Below are positions 27,993 to 37,700 of a stretch of 64,000 nucleotides of DNA, piece after piece. Source of the DNA: an uncultured Bacillota bacterium (GTDB taxonomy: Bacteria; Bacillota_I; Bacilli_A; RFN20; CAG-826); NCBI GenBank assembly GCA_937876465.1, contig CALEHV010000035.1, positions 140 through 64,139 of the forward strand. Reading direction: 5' to 3'. Numbering within the stretch: position 1 is the stretch's first letter; each line of letters begins with the position of its first letter. Position numbers and translations under genes: made by a program. Below the pieces are notes generated by a model. The model was not told where the DNA came from. It did not search any database and saw only the letters and a list, made by a program, of their open reading frames with translations.

Positions 27993-30900
27993 TTAATTTT
28001 CTTTTCTTCTTTTATACAAAGTATAAGTAATTCCAATACCCAAGAGTAAACCAGGTAATGCAAGAACAAATATACTTAATGTTTCGTTGGTAATTCCATT
28101 ACTATTGAAACGAGCTGATGGCACAGTATATTGATTTCCGTCTCCATCAACGATGAATGGTGCAAATTGGTCTTCACCATAACGTTGAATAATTGTTTCA
28201 TAACGTCTCATAGCGTCACTAAATTGAAGTTGTTCAACAAAGTAGGTTTTACTACCGGAGTACATATTTTCAAACTCTGTTCTAAGTGTAGGCCAAATTG
28301 TCTTCAAATTATCTATATCTGAATCCATACCTGTAACATCACAATACTTATCAGTTTGACTCATGAAGTAATTGCCCCATGCAGTTGCTTGTTCTTCTGC
28401 TGTATACGTTGTTGGTGTTCCACCTTGACCATATGTAATTCCAATAGCACTAACATAGAATCGTTTTGATTTAGCAGAAGCAGAAATCGAAATGCTTGAT
28501 GTTGTTGCATCAGTAATACTGAAAACCAAATCGCTTGATGTAGCAGGCGCTTGGAGAGATTTGCCATTTACTGTAATTGACGAGCCATCGCTGCCATAAA
28601 CCAAACAAGTTAATGTAATTTTAGTTATAGGTTGAGCTTTATTTAATGTCATAACCCAGGAACCGCCTTTACTACCTGAGCCGAATCTGAATCCACTAGA
28701 TTCAATGCAAACATAGCTTGTAACTGTATTTGATGCAATAGAAAAATCACTCTGACTTGATAAAGTATAGTAGTTGCTTATTGTGTCGCTTTTTAGTTCA
28801 GTTGTTGTTCCACTGGTGTTCATTATAATAGTCGCTGTTTTGCTTTGACTTGAAGAACCAACATTTGTGACTTCAACCTCATAATAAGAAGTTTTAGTTA
28901 TTCCGTTCTCGGTATAAGAAACATCAACTTTTTGCATTCCAAGAATCTTTGTATTTGGATCGTCAATTACCGCTTTATCGGTAACAATCTTGTCATCACC
29001 ACGTTCATATTCCGCAGTCACAACAATGGAACTCTTATCATATGAACTTCCAAAAGGAACTTTATTCAAAGAATAACCAGTAACATAAATTTTTGTTAAA
29101 GCTGGAGCTGCTAAAACCTCAATTGTTGCTACATCAGTAAATCCACCATCTTCAGTGGTAACAGTAATATGAGCAGTACCTGTTGAAACGGCAGTTACTA
29201 ATCCTGTATCACTAACTGTTGCAATTGTTGGTGCATCAGATTCATACGAAACATTTTTGTTAGTTGCATTTCCTGGAGCAACAGTAGCAGTTAATGGAGC
29301 TGTCTCAGAAGTATCTAGGGATAAACTTTTTGGCGAAATTGTTACTCCAGTTACAGAAACTGCTTGTTGAGATTCCCAAACATAAAGTTTAGGCAGCAAC
29401 ATTGTAGTACTTACATTACTTGTGTAATTGCAGAATCTTGGACTTTGCACATTGTACATCCATTTACCATATGAAGAATCTGTGCAAGCAACAGTTGCGA
29501 AATCATTATTATCAATTGAGATTGTCCAAGTAGTAGTTCCACTACCAGTTGTATTGAGTGATCTTGCACTACTAGTACCAATTAATTTATTTGTAGGAGA
29601 AGCGATTTGAAAAATAGTCCAATTATTATTGTCTTTTCCTAAAAGGAACTCGGTTGCTCCAGATGGTACTGTTGTAATTGTTTTATTGTCGCTTGAATAT
29701 ACCAAACCATCTAATTTTGAGAAATATGAAGTATTAAAACCACCCGCTACATAAGTTCCGCTTGTGAACAATATCTTTGATCCTTCTTTAAGTTGAGAAA
29801 CATCTTCTACAAGCTTCCAAGAATAAACACCTGGGTCTGGTGATTCCTTTTCTACGGTAATAGTAATTGAATCTTCGAAACTACCATCGTTAGTTAAAAC
29901 ACCTACTTCAGTAGTGCCTTCACTAACACCATGGACAAGACCTGTATCTTCATCGACAGTACAAATATCTTCATCGTTTGAAATCCAGAATACGCTTTTA
30001 TCTGAAGCAGTACTTGGTATAACTGTAGCGTGCAATTGTAAGTCTTCACCAACATCAATAGTTGTACTATCGCCTTCATCAATTGAAACTCCAGTAACAG
30101 GAACAACGCTAGAATTAATCAATTCACCAATATCTAAACGACCATAACCAAAGGTTTGACTCCAATTTGAATCGTTTAATTTAGTAGCAGAGGCATATAA
30201 ATCTGATTCAAAATCAGTTTGTGTTTTACCTGGGTTTGCTTGTTTCCATAAAGCTGCTGCACCAGCAACAATTGGAGAAGCAAAAGATGTGCCGTGTGTG
30301 TCTTTATATGTGTGGGTTCCGTTTCCGCTACCATCTGCAACACAAACTTGTCCTGGAGCAACAATATCAACATTGTTGATTCCGGCTGTAGTTTCAGAAT
30401 TGTAGTTAGAATAAGAGGCTTTTGTTGTAAAAGCTTGATTGTCTTCCAAAGCACCAACACCAATAACATAATTTGTATGGGCTGGATACGTAGATGCAGA
30501 AGTATTTTTGTTACCAGCAGCAGCACAAATAATAGTTCCTGCAGTATTTAATTTTTTGTAATCCGCAGATAAGTTTGTCCACCCTGAAGACGATGCTTCA
30601 AAGGACATGTTAATAACATCAACGCCTAAAGATAGACATTGTTGCAAAGCAAATTGAACTTCATAGTATCTATATGCAGTTCTAAAAATAATAAGTTCAA
30701 CATTTGGTGCAATTCCAACGCCACCAACTCCATTAATAGAGGCAGCTAAAGTTGCTGCAACGTTTGTTCCATGGTTACTAGTGGATGCAACATCATAGTT
30801 GTGATTTAAACAAGTAGGAAAACTTTTTAAAGTGTAATAAGTAACTTGGTTATCTGTATCATTTCCCTTAATGTACATTGAACTAGAACTGATAATTGAA

Positions 30901-31220
30901 TTTCCGTTTTTATCCTTAAAATCTGGATGATCCATATCAATTCCGTTATCAATAATTGCAACTTTGATGGAATCGCCTTTATAGGTGTCCCAAATGGTTT
31001 CGATATCGCCGAGGCCATTCGGTGACATGTGATAAGATTCTTTTAAAGTAGCATAATTTGTATCAGTTGGAACATAAGAAGGAATAGCATTTTCAACATG
31101 ACCAACATCTTTCATTACAGCGGTGAGAGGTTGAGCATATTCATGATCACCTATGAGCGCGCATAAAGAAAAACTCATCATTGCGATAGGAAATATAACG
31201 AAGAATTTTTTGTTTTTCAT
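27993..31220 (-). CDS. surface-anchored subtilisin-like (S8) serine protease with Big_2 domains and a C-terminal TM anchor
   Basis: Catalytic triad contexts VAIIDNGID, SNHGTNVAAT and HGTSFASPIVAGAAAL. There are at least two Big_2-like repeats. The signal peptide MKNKKFFVIFPIAMMSF starts at the ATG at 31220, with a GGAG upstream. The C-terminus is a TM helix followed by KRRKEN. Confidence 0.85.
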   Translation of the reverse strand: MKNKKFFVIFPIAMMSFSLCALIGDHEYAQPLTAVMKDVGHVENAIPSYVPTDTNYATLKESYHMSPNGLGDIETIWDTYKGDSIKVAIIDNGIDMDHPDFKDKNGNSIISSSSMYIKGNDTDNQVTYYTLKSFPTCLNHNYDVASTSNHGTNVAATLAASINGVGGVGIAPNVELIIFRTAYRYYEVQFALQQCLSLGVDVINMSFEASSSGWTNLSADYKKLNTAGTIICAAAGNKNTSASTYPAHTNYVIGVGALEDNQAFTTKASYSNYNSETTAGINNVDIVAPGQVCVADGSGNGTHTYKDTHGTSFASPIVAGAAALWKQANPGKTQTDFESDLYASATKLNDSNWSQTFGYGRLDIGELINSSVVPVTGVSIDEGDSTTIDVGEDLQLHATVIPSTASDKSVFWISNDEDICTVDEDTGLVHGVSEGTTEVGVLTNDGSFEDSITITVEKESPDPGVYSWKLVEDVSQLKEGSKILFTSGTYVAGGFNTSYFSKLDGLVYSSDNKTITTVPSGATEFLLGKDNNNWTIFQIASPTNKLIGTSSARSLNTTGSGTTTWTISIDNNDFATVACTDSSYGKWMYNVQSPRFCNYTSNVSTTMLLPKLYVWESQQAVSVTGVTISPKSLSLDTSETAPLTATVAPGNATNKNVSYESDAPTIATVSDTGLVTAVSTGTAHITVTTEDGGFTDVATIEVLAAPALTKIYVTGYSLNKVPFGSSYDKSSIVVTAEYERGDDKIVTDKAVIDDPNTKILGMQKVDVSYTENGITKTSYYEVEVTNVGSSSQSKTATIIMNTSGTTTELKSDTISNYYTLSSQSDFSIASNTVTSYVCIESSGFRFGSGSKGGSWVMTLNKAQPITKITLTCLVYGSDGSSITVNGKSLQAPATSSDLVFSITDATTSSISISASAKSKRFYVSAIGITYGQGGTPTTYTAEEQATAWGNYFMSQTDKYCDVTGMDSDIDNLKTIWPTLRTEFENMYSGSKTYFVEQLQFSDAMRRYETIIQRYGEDQFAPFIVDGDGNQYTVPSARFNSNGITNETLSIFVLALPGLLLGIGITYTLYKRRKEN

Positions 31221-31227
31221 AAAACTC

Positions 31228-31395
31228 CTAAATATTGCAGATGACAATAATGCAAGCAATCATAAGCACAGCAATAACTCCACAAACTATCAAAATCCAC
31301 CAGGGGAAATGATAACCTGATTCTCTTTTCTGCTCTTCGGTTAATAAAGAGTCATCAACCTTAAGATCTTTAGTTGGCCTATTTTTCTCTTCCAT
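31228..31395 (-). CDS. possible 55-aa tail-anchored membrane protein (below the size cutoff of the ORF track)
   Basis: An ATG at 31395, 3 nt after the folT stop, encodes MEEKNRPTKDLKVDDSLLTEEQKRESGYHFPWWILIVCGVIAVLMIACIIVICNI. Its TAG stop overlaps the protease SD. No SD of its own was found. Confidence 0.35.
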   Translation of the reverse strand: MEEKNRPTKDLKVDDSLLTEEQKRESGYHFPWWILIVCGVIAVLMIACIIVICNI

Positions 31396-31398
31396 AAT

Positions 31399-32151
31399 TT
31401 AAACGTGATTCTTATTAAAGAATACCTTATTTGTTAATTTTAATAAATATCCAACTACAACTGTGTTGAGTGGGATATTGATAAAGAAAACGATAGATTG
31501 AAAGAATAAAATGACAAGAAAATCAACTTCAAAAAATATAGATTTCACAATTGTATTGCCGATTAACATTACGATTATTTCAGCAATCAAACATGTGAAA
31601 GCAACAGACATAATATTTATATCGCCACTTCTTATGAAGTGTTTGTTTATAAAATAGACGATTATTAAGATTAAGAAGCACATCACAAATGATAGACTAA
31701 AGATTAGTATTTTTTGCCATAATTCAAAGTTAACAGAACCAACTTTATTGTTAAGCAAACCATACACTAAAACAAACGTCCATAATGCAAATAAAGTTGC
31801 ACCAAAAATTATTAATAAAATCTTCTCGTTTTTAATTTTTTTGAATAATTGATAAACGCACCACGGCAAAATTCCAAGCAAAGTGTATATCAAAGTAAAC
31901 CAAGGATTAATTGAATAACCTAATGCGTTTGGAACTAGTAATATTCCTAAAATATCACTTGCACCACCAATTACTCCTCCAAATAAAGGTCCTAAAAGTA
32001 AGCTAGCAAAAATTATTAAAGCAGGGCCTATTGAAATACGAACAAATGGAAGAACTGGAATATTTTGAATAGACAAAAATCTTGTAAAGATGACAGTTAA
32101 AGCCAAAATTAAACCAGATAAGCAAATCTTTGTAACGGTATTTAATTTCAT
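31399..32151 (-). CDS. folT: ECF transporter S component, folate family (FolT-like), extended
   Basis: 250-aa polytopic protein overlapping the folC stop. The region RISIGPALIIFASLLLGPLFGGVIGGASDILG is typical of S components. Confidence 0.6.
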   Translation of the reverse strand: MKLNTVTKICLSGLILALTVIFTRFLSIQNIPVLPFVRISIGPALIIFASLLLGPLFGGVIGGASDILGILLVPNALGYSINPWFTLIYTLLGILPWCVYQLFKKIKNEKILLIIFGATLFALWTFVLVYGLLNNKVGSVNFELWQKILIFSLSFVMCFLILIIVYFINKHFIRSGDINIMSVAFTCLIAEIIVMLIGNTIVKSIFFEVDFLVILFFQSIVFFINIPLNTVVVGYLLKLTNKVFFNKNHV

Positions 32152-33362
32152 TTTTTAAACTCATTTCTTACTAATCCTGCAAATGCAAGTGAACCAGTTA
32201 CTAAAACTACATCGTCTGGGTATTCATTTAATTTATCTGTAATTGCTTTTTTATAATCGGATTCAAAATGATAATCATCCAAATATAAGAAATATTCTTC
32301 TTCTTTTCTTGCACGAACATGATCAAAAGTAGTCAAAGTTACATCTTGAGCAATGTTCGATAACGATATAAGCATTGTCTCAATGTTTTTATCTCTAAAT
32401 GATGCAAAAATAACATGAATTGGACGTTCTTCAGCCTTTTGAATTGATTCACATAATTGAGAAATAGCTGCAGGATTATGTCCTCCATCAACTATTAAAT
32501 TTTTACTTAAATATTCAAAACGAGCAGGTAAAATTGAAGCCTTTAAACCTTCTCTAATTGAGGATTCCTCGACTGGTAAAATTGAAGAAACAATCTTAGT
32601 TGCTTCAATAGCTAAAGATGCATTCAAGCATTGATAAATAGCATTCGTATTGATGATTAAATTGTTGTATGGGCGATAGTAAAAATCAACTTTTCCGTCT
32701 TCGATTTTTTCGTTGTGAAAATCATCCACAACATAAACTTGAGAACCCATATCTTTGGCGTATTCTCTAATCGCATATTCTGCAGTTTCTTCTAATTTTC
32801 CTGTTAAAACTGGCACATTTTCCTTAATAATGCCTGCTTTGTTATATGCAATTTCAGAAATTGAAGTGCCTAAATATGCAGTATGTTCAAGACTTACGTT
32901 TGTAATAATACTAAGAATTGGGGTGATGATGTTTGTTGCATCAATGAAACCGCCCATTCCTACTTCAACAATAACTAAGTCTAAATTGTTTTTAATAAAA
33001 TACTGATACGCTAAAAAAGTTTGTATTTCAAAAGAGCTTAAATGAAATTTTTCAAATTCTTTTTGGTAATTTTCAAAAAGAGAAAGATATTCTTCTTCTG
33101 ATATATTTTTGTCATCAATAAAAATTGATTCGGTAACATTAATTAAATATGGAGAATGATACATTCCGACTTTCAAACCTTGTTTCTTGTAAATATTGAA
33201 AAGAAAGTTTGCAGTTGATCCTTTTCCGTTTGTACCAGTTATATGGATGGATTTAATTGGAAAAGAAAAATTCATATGTTCGAGAAATTTATCGTAATTC
33301 TCTCTTTCATATGTCGAGTAGTTATGAGTTTTAAAGTATTCATGTAATTCTTCTATTGTCAT
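32148..33362 (-). CDS. folC: folylpolyglutamate synthase/dihydrofolate synthase FolC
   Basis: Mur-ligase P-loop HITGTNGKGST in a 404-aa ORF. Confidence 0.9.
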   Translation of the reverse strand: MTIEELHEYFKTHNYSTYERENYDKFLEHMNFSFPIKSIHITGTNGKGSTANFLFNIYKKQGLKVGMYHSPYLINVTESIFIDDKNISEEEYLSLFENYQKEFEKFHLSSFEIQTFLAYQYFIKNNLDLVIVEVGMGGFIDATNIITPILSIITNVSLEHTAYLGTSISEIAYNKAGIIKENVPVLTGKLEETAEYAIREYAKDMGSQVYVVDDFHNEKIEDGKVDFYYRPYNNLIINTNAIYQCLNASLAIEATKIVSSILPVEESSIREGLKASILPARFEYLSKNLIVDGGHNPAAISQLCESIQKAEERPIHVIFASFRDKNIETMLISLSNIAQDVTLTTFDHVRARKEEEYFLYLDDYHFESDYKKAITDKLNEYPDDVVLVTGSLAFAGLVRNEFKK

Positions 33363-33826
33363 AAATCCCTACCCATATTTTTCTTTGCTTTATCCATCAT
33401 GCGTTTGTCATCTCTTTCCTTCATGACTTCACGCTTATCAAATTTCTTTTTACCTTTACCTAAAGCAATTTCAACTTTAGCTTTACCACGATTAAGATAA
33501 ACTTTTGTTGGAATAATTTGTAGAGCTTTTTCTTGAGCTTTTCTTTCTAATTTAAACAATTCTTTTTTATGTAATAAAAGTTTACGTGTTCTATTTGGCT
33601 CGTGGTTAAAAATATTTCCAGATTCATATTGAGCAATGTGCATGTTTAAAATAAAAGCTTCTCCATTACGAATTAGAACGTAAGCATCATTTAATGTTGC
33701 ACCATTTTTACGTAAGGATTTAATTTCAGTACCTTTTAGTTCGATTCCACATTCAATGAAGTCGTCTAAGAAGTAGTTGAAGTACGCTTTTGAATTTTTA
33801 ACTAAAATCTTATTATGATTTTCCAT
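33359..33826 (-). CDS. smpB: SsrA-binding protein SmpB
   Basis: The product MENHNKILVKNSKAYFNYFLDDFIECGIELKGTEIKSLR... is typical SmpB. The track ORF start at 33877 is an over-extension. Confidence 0.92.
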   Translation of the reverse strand: MENHNKILVKNSKAYFNYFLDDFIECGIELKGTEIKSLRKNGATLNDAYVLIRNGEAFILNMHIAQYESGNIFNHEPNRTRKLLLHKKELFKLERKAQEKALQIIPTKVYLNRGKAKVEIALGKGKKKFDKREVMKERDDKRMMDKAKKNMGRDL

Positions 33827-34245
33827 GCAATTGATTATAAATGAAAAACAATAAAAAAAATATTGTTTTATAAACATTCTAAAATTAGCAGATTTCTCAA
33901 AAACAATTTAGATAGAATTTTTTAATTAATAAATGTAGTTATGTAATTATTGCAACTATAATTTTGTTTTTTCATTTTTAAAGAATTAACAGAAACAAAT
34001 TATAAAGAACTATATCAAAACCAATATTTGATTATTTTTAAAACGACAACCTTAGTCAAAATTTAGGCATATCGTTAAAATAAAAAAATCCCTTAGATTA
34101 AAATCGAATTAAACATTTAAGCTCTTATTTAATTATAGCGATACAAAATATTTAAAATAAAAACTTTCTGATATGACTTTTCGACAAGCATAATAAAGAA
34201 AATTTATAAAAACTTAATAGATGATTAAAAAAATCAATCATCATG

Positions 34246-34638
34246 TTATTTCTTTGCTATTGCTGCAAAATTTAGACAAGCACTTATAAGATTCAAAAAA
34301 GGCACTAAATCCTTCTCAATACGTTCTAAACTTTTATAAAAATTGTTTTTCACATAATAATCTGCTTTTTCGTAATCAGAAATAACAAGATCTAAGGTAT
34401 CAACAATTTCCTTATTTTTATCAAGAGGTTCGATAATATTTTGTTTAATTAATACTTCTATTAGTTTACTAAAACGTTTTTTATCGAAATTAACATCAAT
34501 CATGTCAGATGATAAGCGCGACCTTTCATCAATAGACAAAATGATACACCTAATAATATTTCTATCAGGCGAATTCTTTTTCGGAATATGTTTTGATTTT
34601 TTTACCGAAAATTTAGAAGTTTTTTTATTTTTATACAT
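34246..34638 (-). CDS. hypothetical protein with a basic N-terminus
   Basis: 130-aa ORF downstream of the LRR lipoprotein gene. I recognise no family and found no SD. Confidence 0.4.
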   Translation of the reverse strand: MYKNKKTSKFSVKKSKHIPKKNSPDRNIIRCIILSIDERSRLSSDMIDVNFDKKRFSKLIEVLIKQNIIEPLDKNKEIVDTLDLVISDYEKADYYVKNNFYKSLERIEKDLVPFLNLISACLNFAAIAKK

Positions 34639-34707
34639 ATTTACCAGTTTTTCTACTTATTAATGTCTTTGCAATTGTTCATCTTGTTTTGCAAACGAAT
34701 GTTCAAA

Positions 34708-37700
34708 TTAAGCTTGATAATTCCATACGACCGGTCTATCACTAGTATTCCAAATTGAACTCCATCCACTAGGTTGAGACGAACTTTCACAAAAAATAGA
34801 AAGAGAATTACAAATACGAAAAGCATCGTCACCAATAAAAATGACTCCTTCAGGAATATATATTGAAGTCAAGGAAGAACAACCAGAAAAAGCACCATGG
34901 CCAATTGAAGTCAAACTTTTTGGAATACTTATTAAAATGAGCGCCGAAGCAGCAAAAGCTTCGTCACCAATAGAAACTACTCCTTCAGGAATATATATTG
35001 AAGTCAAGGAAGAACAACCAGAAAAAGCTCTTGAACCAATCGATATAATTGTATTTGGAATATTAACTGAAATAATTGAATCACAATAGTAAAAGGCGTA
35101 ATCTGCAATAGCTATAACTGACATTCCGTCAATTTGAGAAGGAATATTTATTTCAGTTATGGTATTATCTGCTAAAGACGCGACAACAAGGTTTCCATCT
35201 TTTGTAACCCCATAATTAATTCCATCTTTTGTAAAATGGCTCATACAGTTCCAAACAACTGGTCTCCAACTATTCCAAAATGAACCCCATCCACTTGGTT
35301 TTGATTTGATTTCACAATATATTGTCACTTCACTGTTTGGTGTAATGTATTCCCCGATCGAAGTTACGGTATCTGGGATACTGATTGAAATAAGAGAGAC
35401 GGAATTTTTGAAAGCGTACTCGTTTATTGCAGTGACTGGTTTTCCATTGACATGAGATGGAATATTTATTTCAGTTATGGTGTTATCTGCTAAAGACACG
35501 ACAACAAGATTTCCATCTTTTGTAACCCCATAATTAATTCCATCTTTTATAAAATGGCTCATACAGTTCCAAACAACCGGCCTAAAATCTGTATACCACC
35601 CACTTGGTTTAGACTTACTTTCGCAGATAATATGAAGAAAAGGACAATTATCAAAAACATCAGAACCAATAGAAGTAATAGAAGACGGAATAAAAATTAA
35701 AGTTAAAGATTTCGAATCTTTGAAAGCACCTCCCGCTATGGAAACGACAGGCATTCCGTCAATTTGAGAAGGAATATTTATTTCAGTTAAAGTTTTGTCT
35801 GCCAATGATACAAGTACTATATTTCCATCTTTTGTAACCACATAATTAATTCCATCTTTTGTAAAATGGCTCATACAGTTCCAAACAACCGGAGTAGATA
35901 AAGATTTCCAATTTGTATCCCACCCACCTGGTTTAGACGAACTTTCACAACAAATAGAAAGAGAATTACAAGAAAGAAAAGCATCGTCACCAATAAAAAT
36001 GACACCTTCAGGAATATATATTGAAGTCAAGGAAGAACAATCATAAAAAGCACTATTTCCAATAGATGTGACAGAATTAGGGATATTGATGGAAGTTAAA
36101 GAAGAACAATGATAAAAAGCTTTATCTCCAATAGATGTGACAGAATTAGGGATATTGATGGAAGTTAAAGAAGAACAATGACAAAAAGCACTATTTCCAA
36201 TAGATGTGACAGAATTAGGGATATTGATGGAAGTTAAAGAAGAACAATGATAAAAAGCTTTATCTCCAATAGATGTGACAGAATTAGGGATATTGATGGA
36301 AGTTAAAGAAGAACAATGATAAAAAGCATTCTGCGCTATGGAAACAACAGGCATTCCATCAATTTGAGAAGGAATGTCTATGTCTGCTAAAGTTTTGTCT
36401 ATCAACACCGCAACTACAAGATTTCCATCATTTGTAGCGCCATAATTAATGCCGTTTTTTGTAAAGTAGCCCATACAGTTCCATATTATTTTACCGTTAA
36501 AATGCCAGGTAGTTGGTTTTGATGCTATCTCACAGTAAATAGTAAGAGATGTGCAGCCTTCGAAAACATCTGAACTTATGCTAGAGGTTACACTATTTGG
36601 AATATAAATCGAAGATAAAGAAGAACAATGTTTAAAAGCACTATTTCCAATAGATGTGACAGAATTAGGGATATTGATGGAAACAAGGGAACTGCAACCC
36701 AAAAAAGCCTCACTGCCGATCGAAATAACGGAAGATGGGATTTCAATCGAAACCAATGACGAGCAATTAGAAAAAGTAGCATAGTATACATACTGAATCC
36801 CATAAGGTATATTAATTGAGACAAGGGAAGAACATCTAGAAAAAGCGCCCCAACTTATGAAACTAACGCTGTTAGGAATATTGATGGTGGTAAGGGATAT
36901 ACATTCACAGAAAGTAGATGCTTCTATTTTTGCGATTTTCTCAGGTAGCCTAACCGAAATAAGGGAAGAACACCCATAAAAAGCATCGTCGCCGATTGTA
37001 ACCACACTATCTGGGATTTCAATAGATCTAAGTGATGAACAACAATAAAAAGCATATTGTTGTATTGAAGTAATAGTGTTTTCTATTTTTATTGAAGTAA
37101 GAACATTATCACGCGAGAACGCATGAACACCAATCGAAGCTATTTTTCTACCACTGTAGTATGATGGAATATACGCAAAACAAAAATTATTTCCACTTTT
37201 TTTGTACAAATCATATTCGTTATCAATCAAAGTAAAATCATATTTTCCATCTAAATATTCATCATCATCCCTTAGTTTGTATCGTGCTGTTAATATTTTG
37301 CTAGCTTCGGAATATTCCCAAGAATTTCCTTTGGTAGGAATAACTTTCCCATCAAGGAGCCAACAATCAAAGACATATTCCCAATCTATTTCTTTTTTAG
37401 CTGTTGTAGGAACAGGAAGTTCGTAAGGGCTTTTAAATGTAATCGTCATCAATGTTGTATCACAAGTACCATCACCAGCATCAAAACTATAAACGTTTGA
37501 ATTACTAGACCATTTTGCAGTTAAAGTCAGGTCGTTTGGAATTGTCCATGTTGCTTTATTACTATACTTTACATCATCTTTAAACCATCCCAAAAATGTT
37601 GAATTATATTTCATTGGAATTGGTAACTCATATGCGCAATTGTAGACAACTTTTACGCTTTTTATATCACACTCTCCGCCATTAGCTTTAAGCGTTACAG

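Noticed and set aside
33878-34245. tmRNA (ssrA) expected next to smpB
   Set aside because: The spacer is almost pure A/T. It has no GGGG...acceptor 5' end, no T-arm (GGTTCGAnTCC), no terminal ACCA context and no tag ORF, so ssrA must lie elsewhere.
36027-36327. Regular 69-bp repeats as a possible CRISPR array
   Set aside because: The repeats are contiguous with no unique spacers, lie in frame inside a long ORF, and encode canonical 23-aa LRR units.
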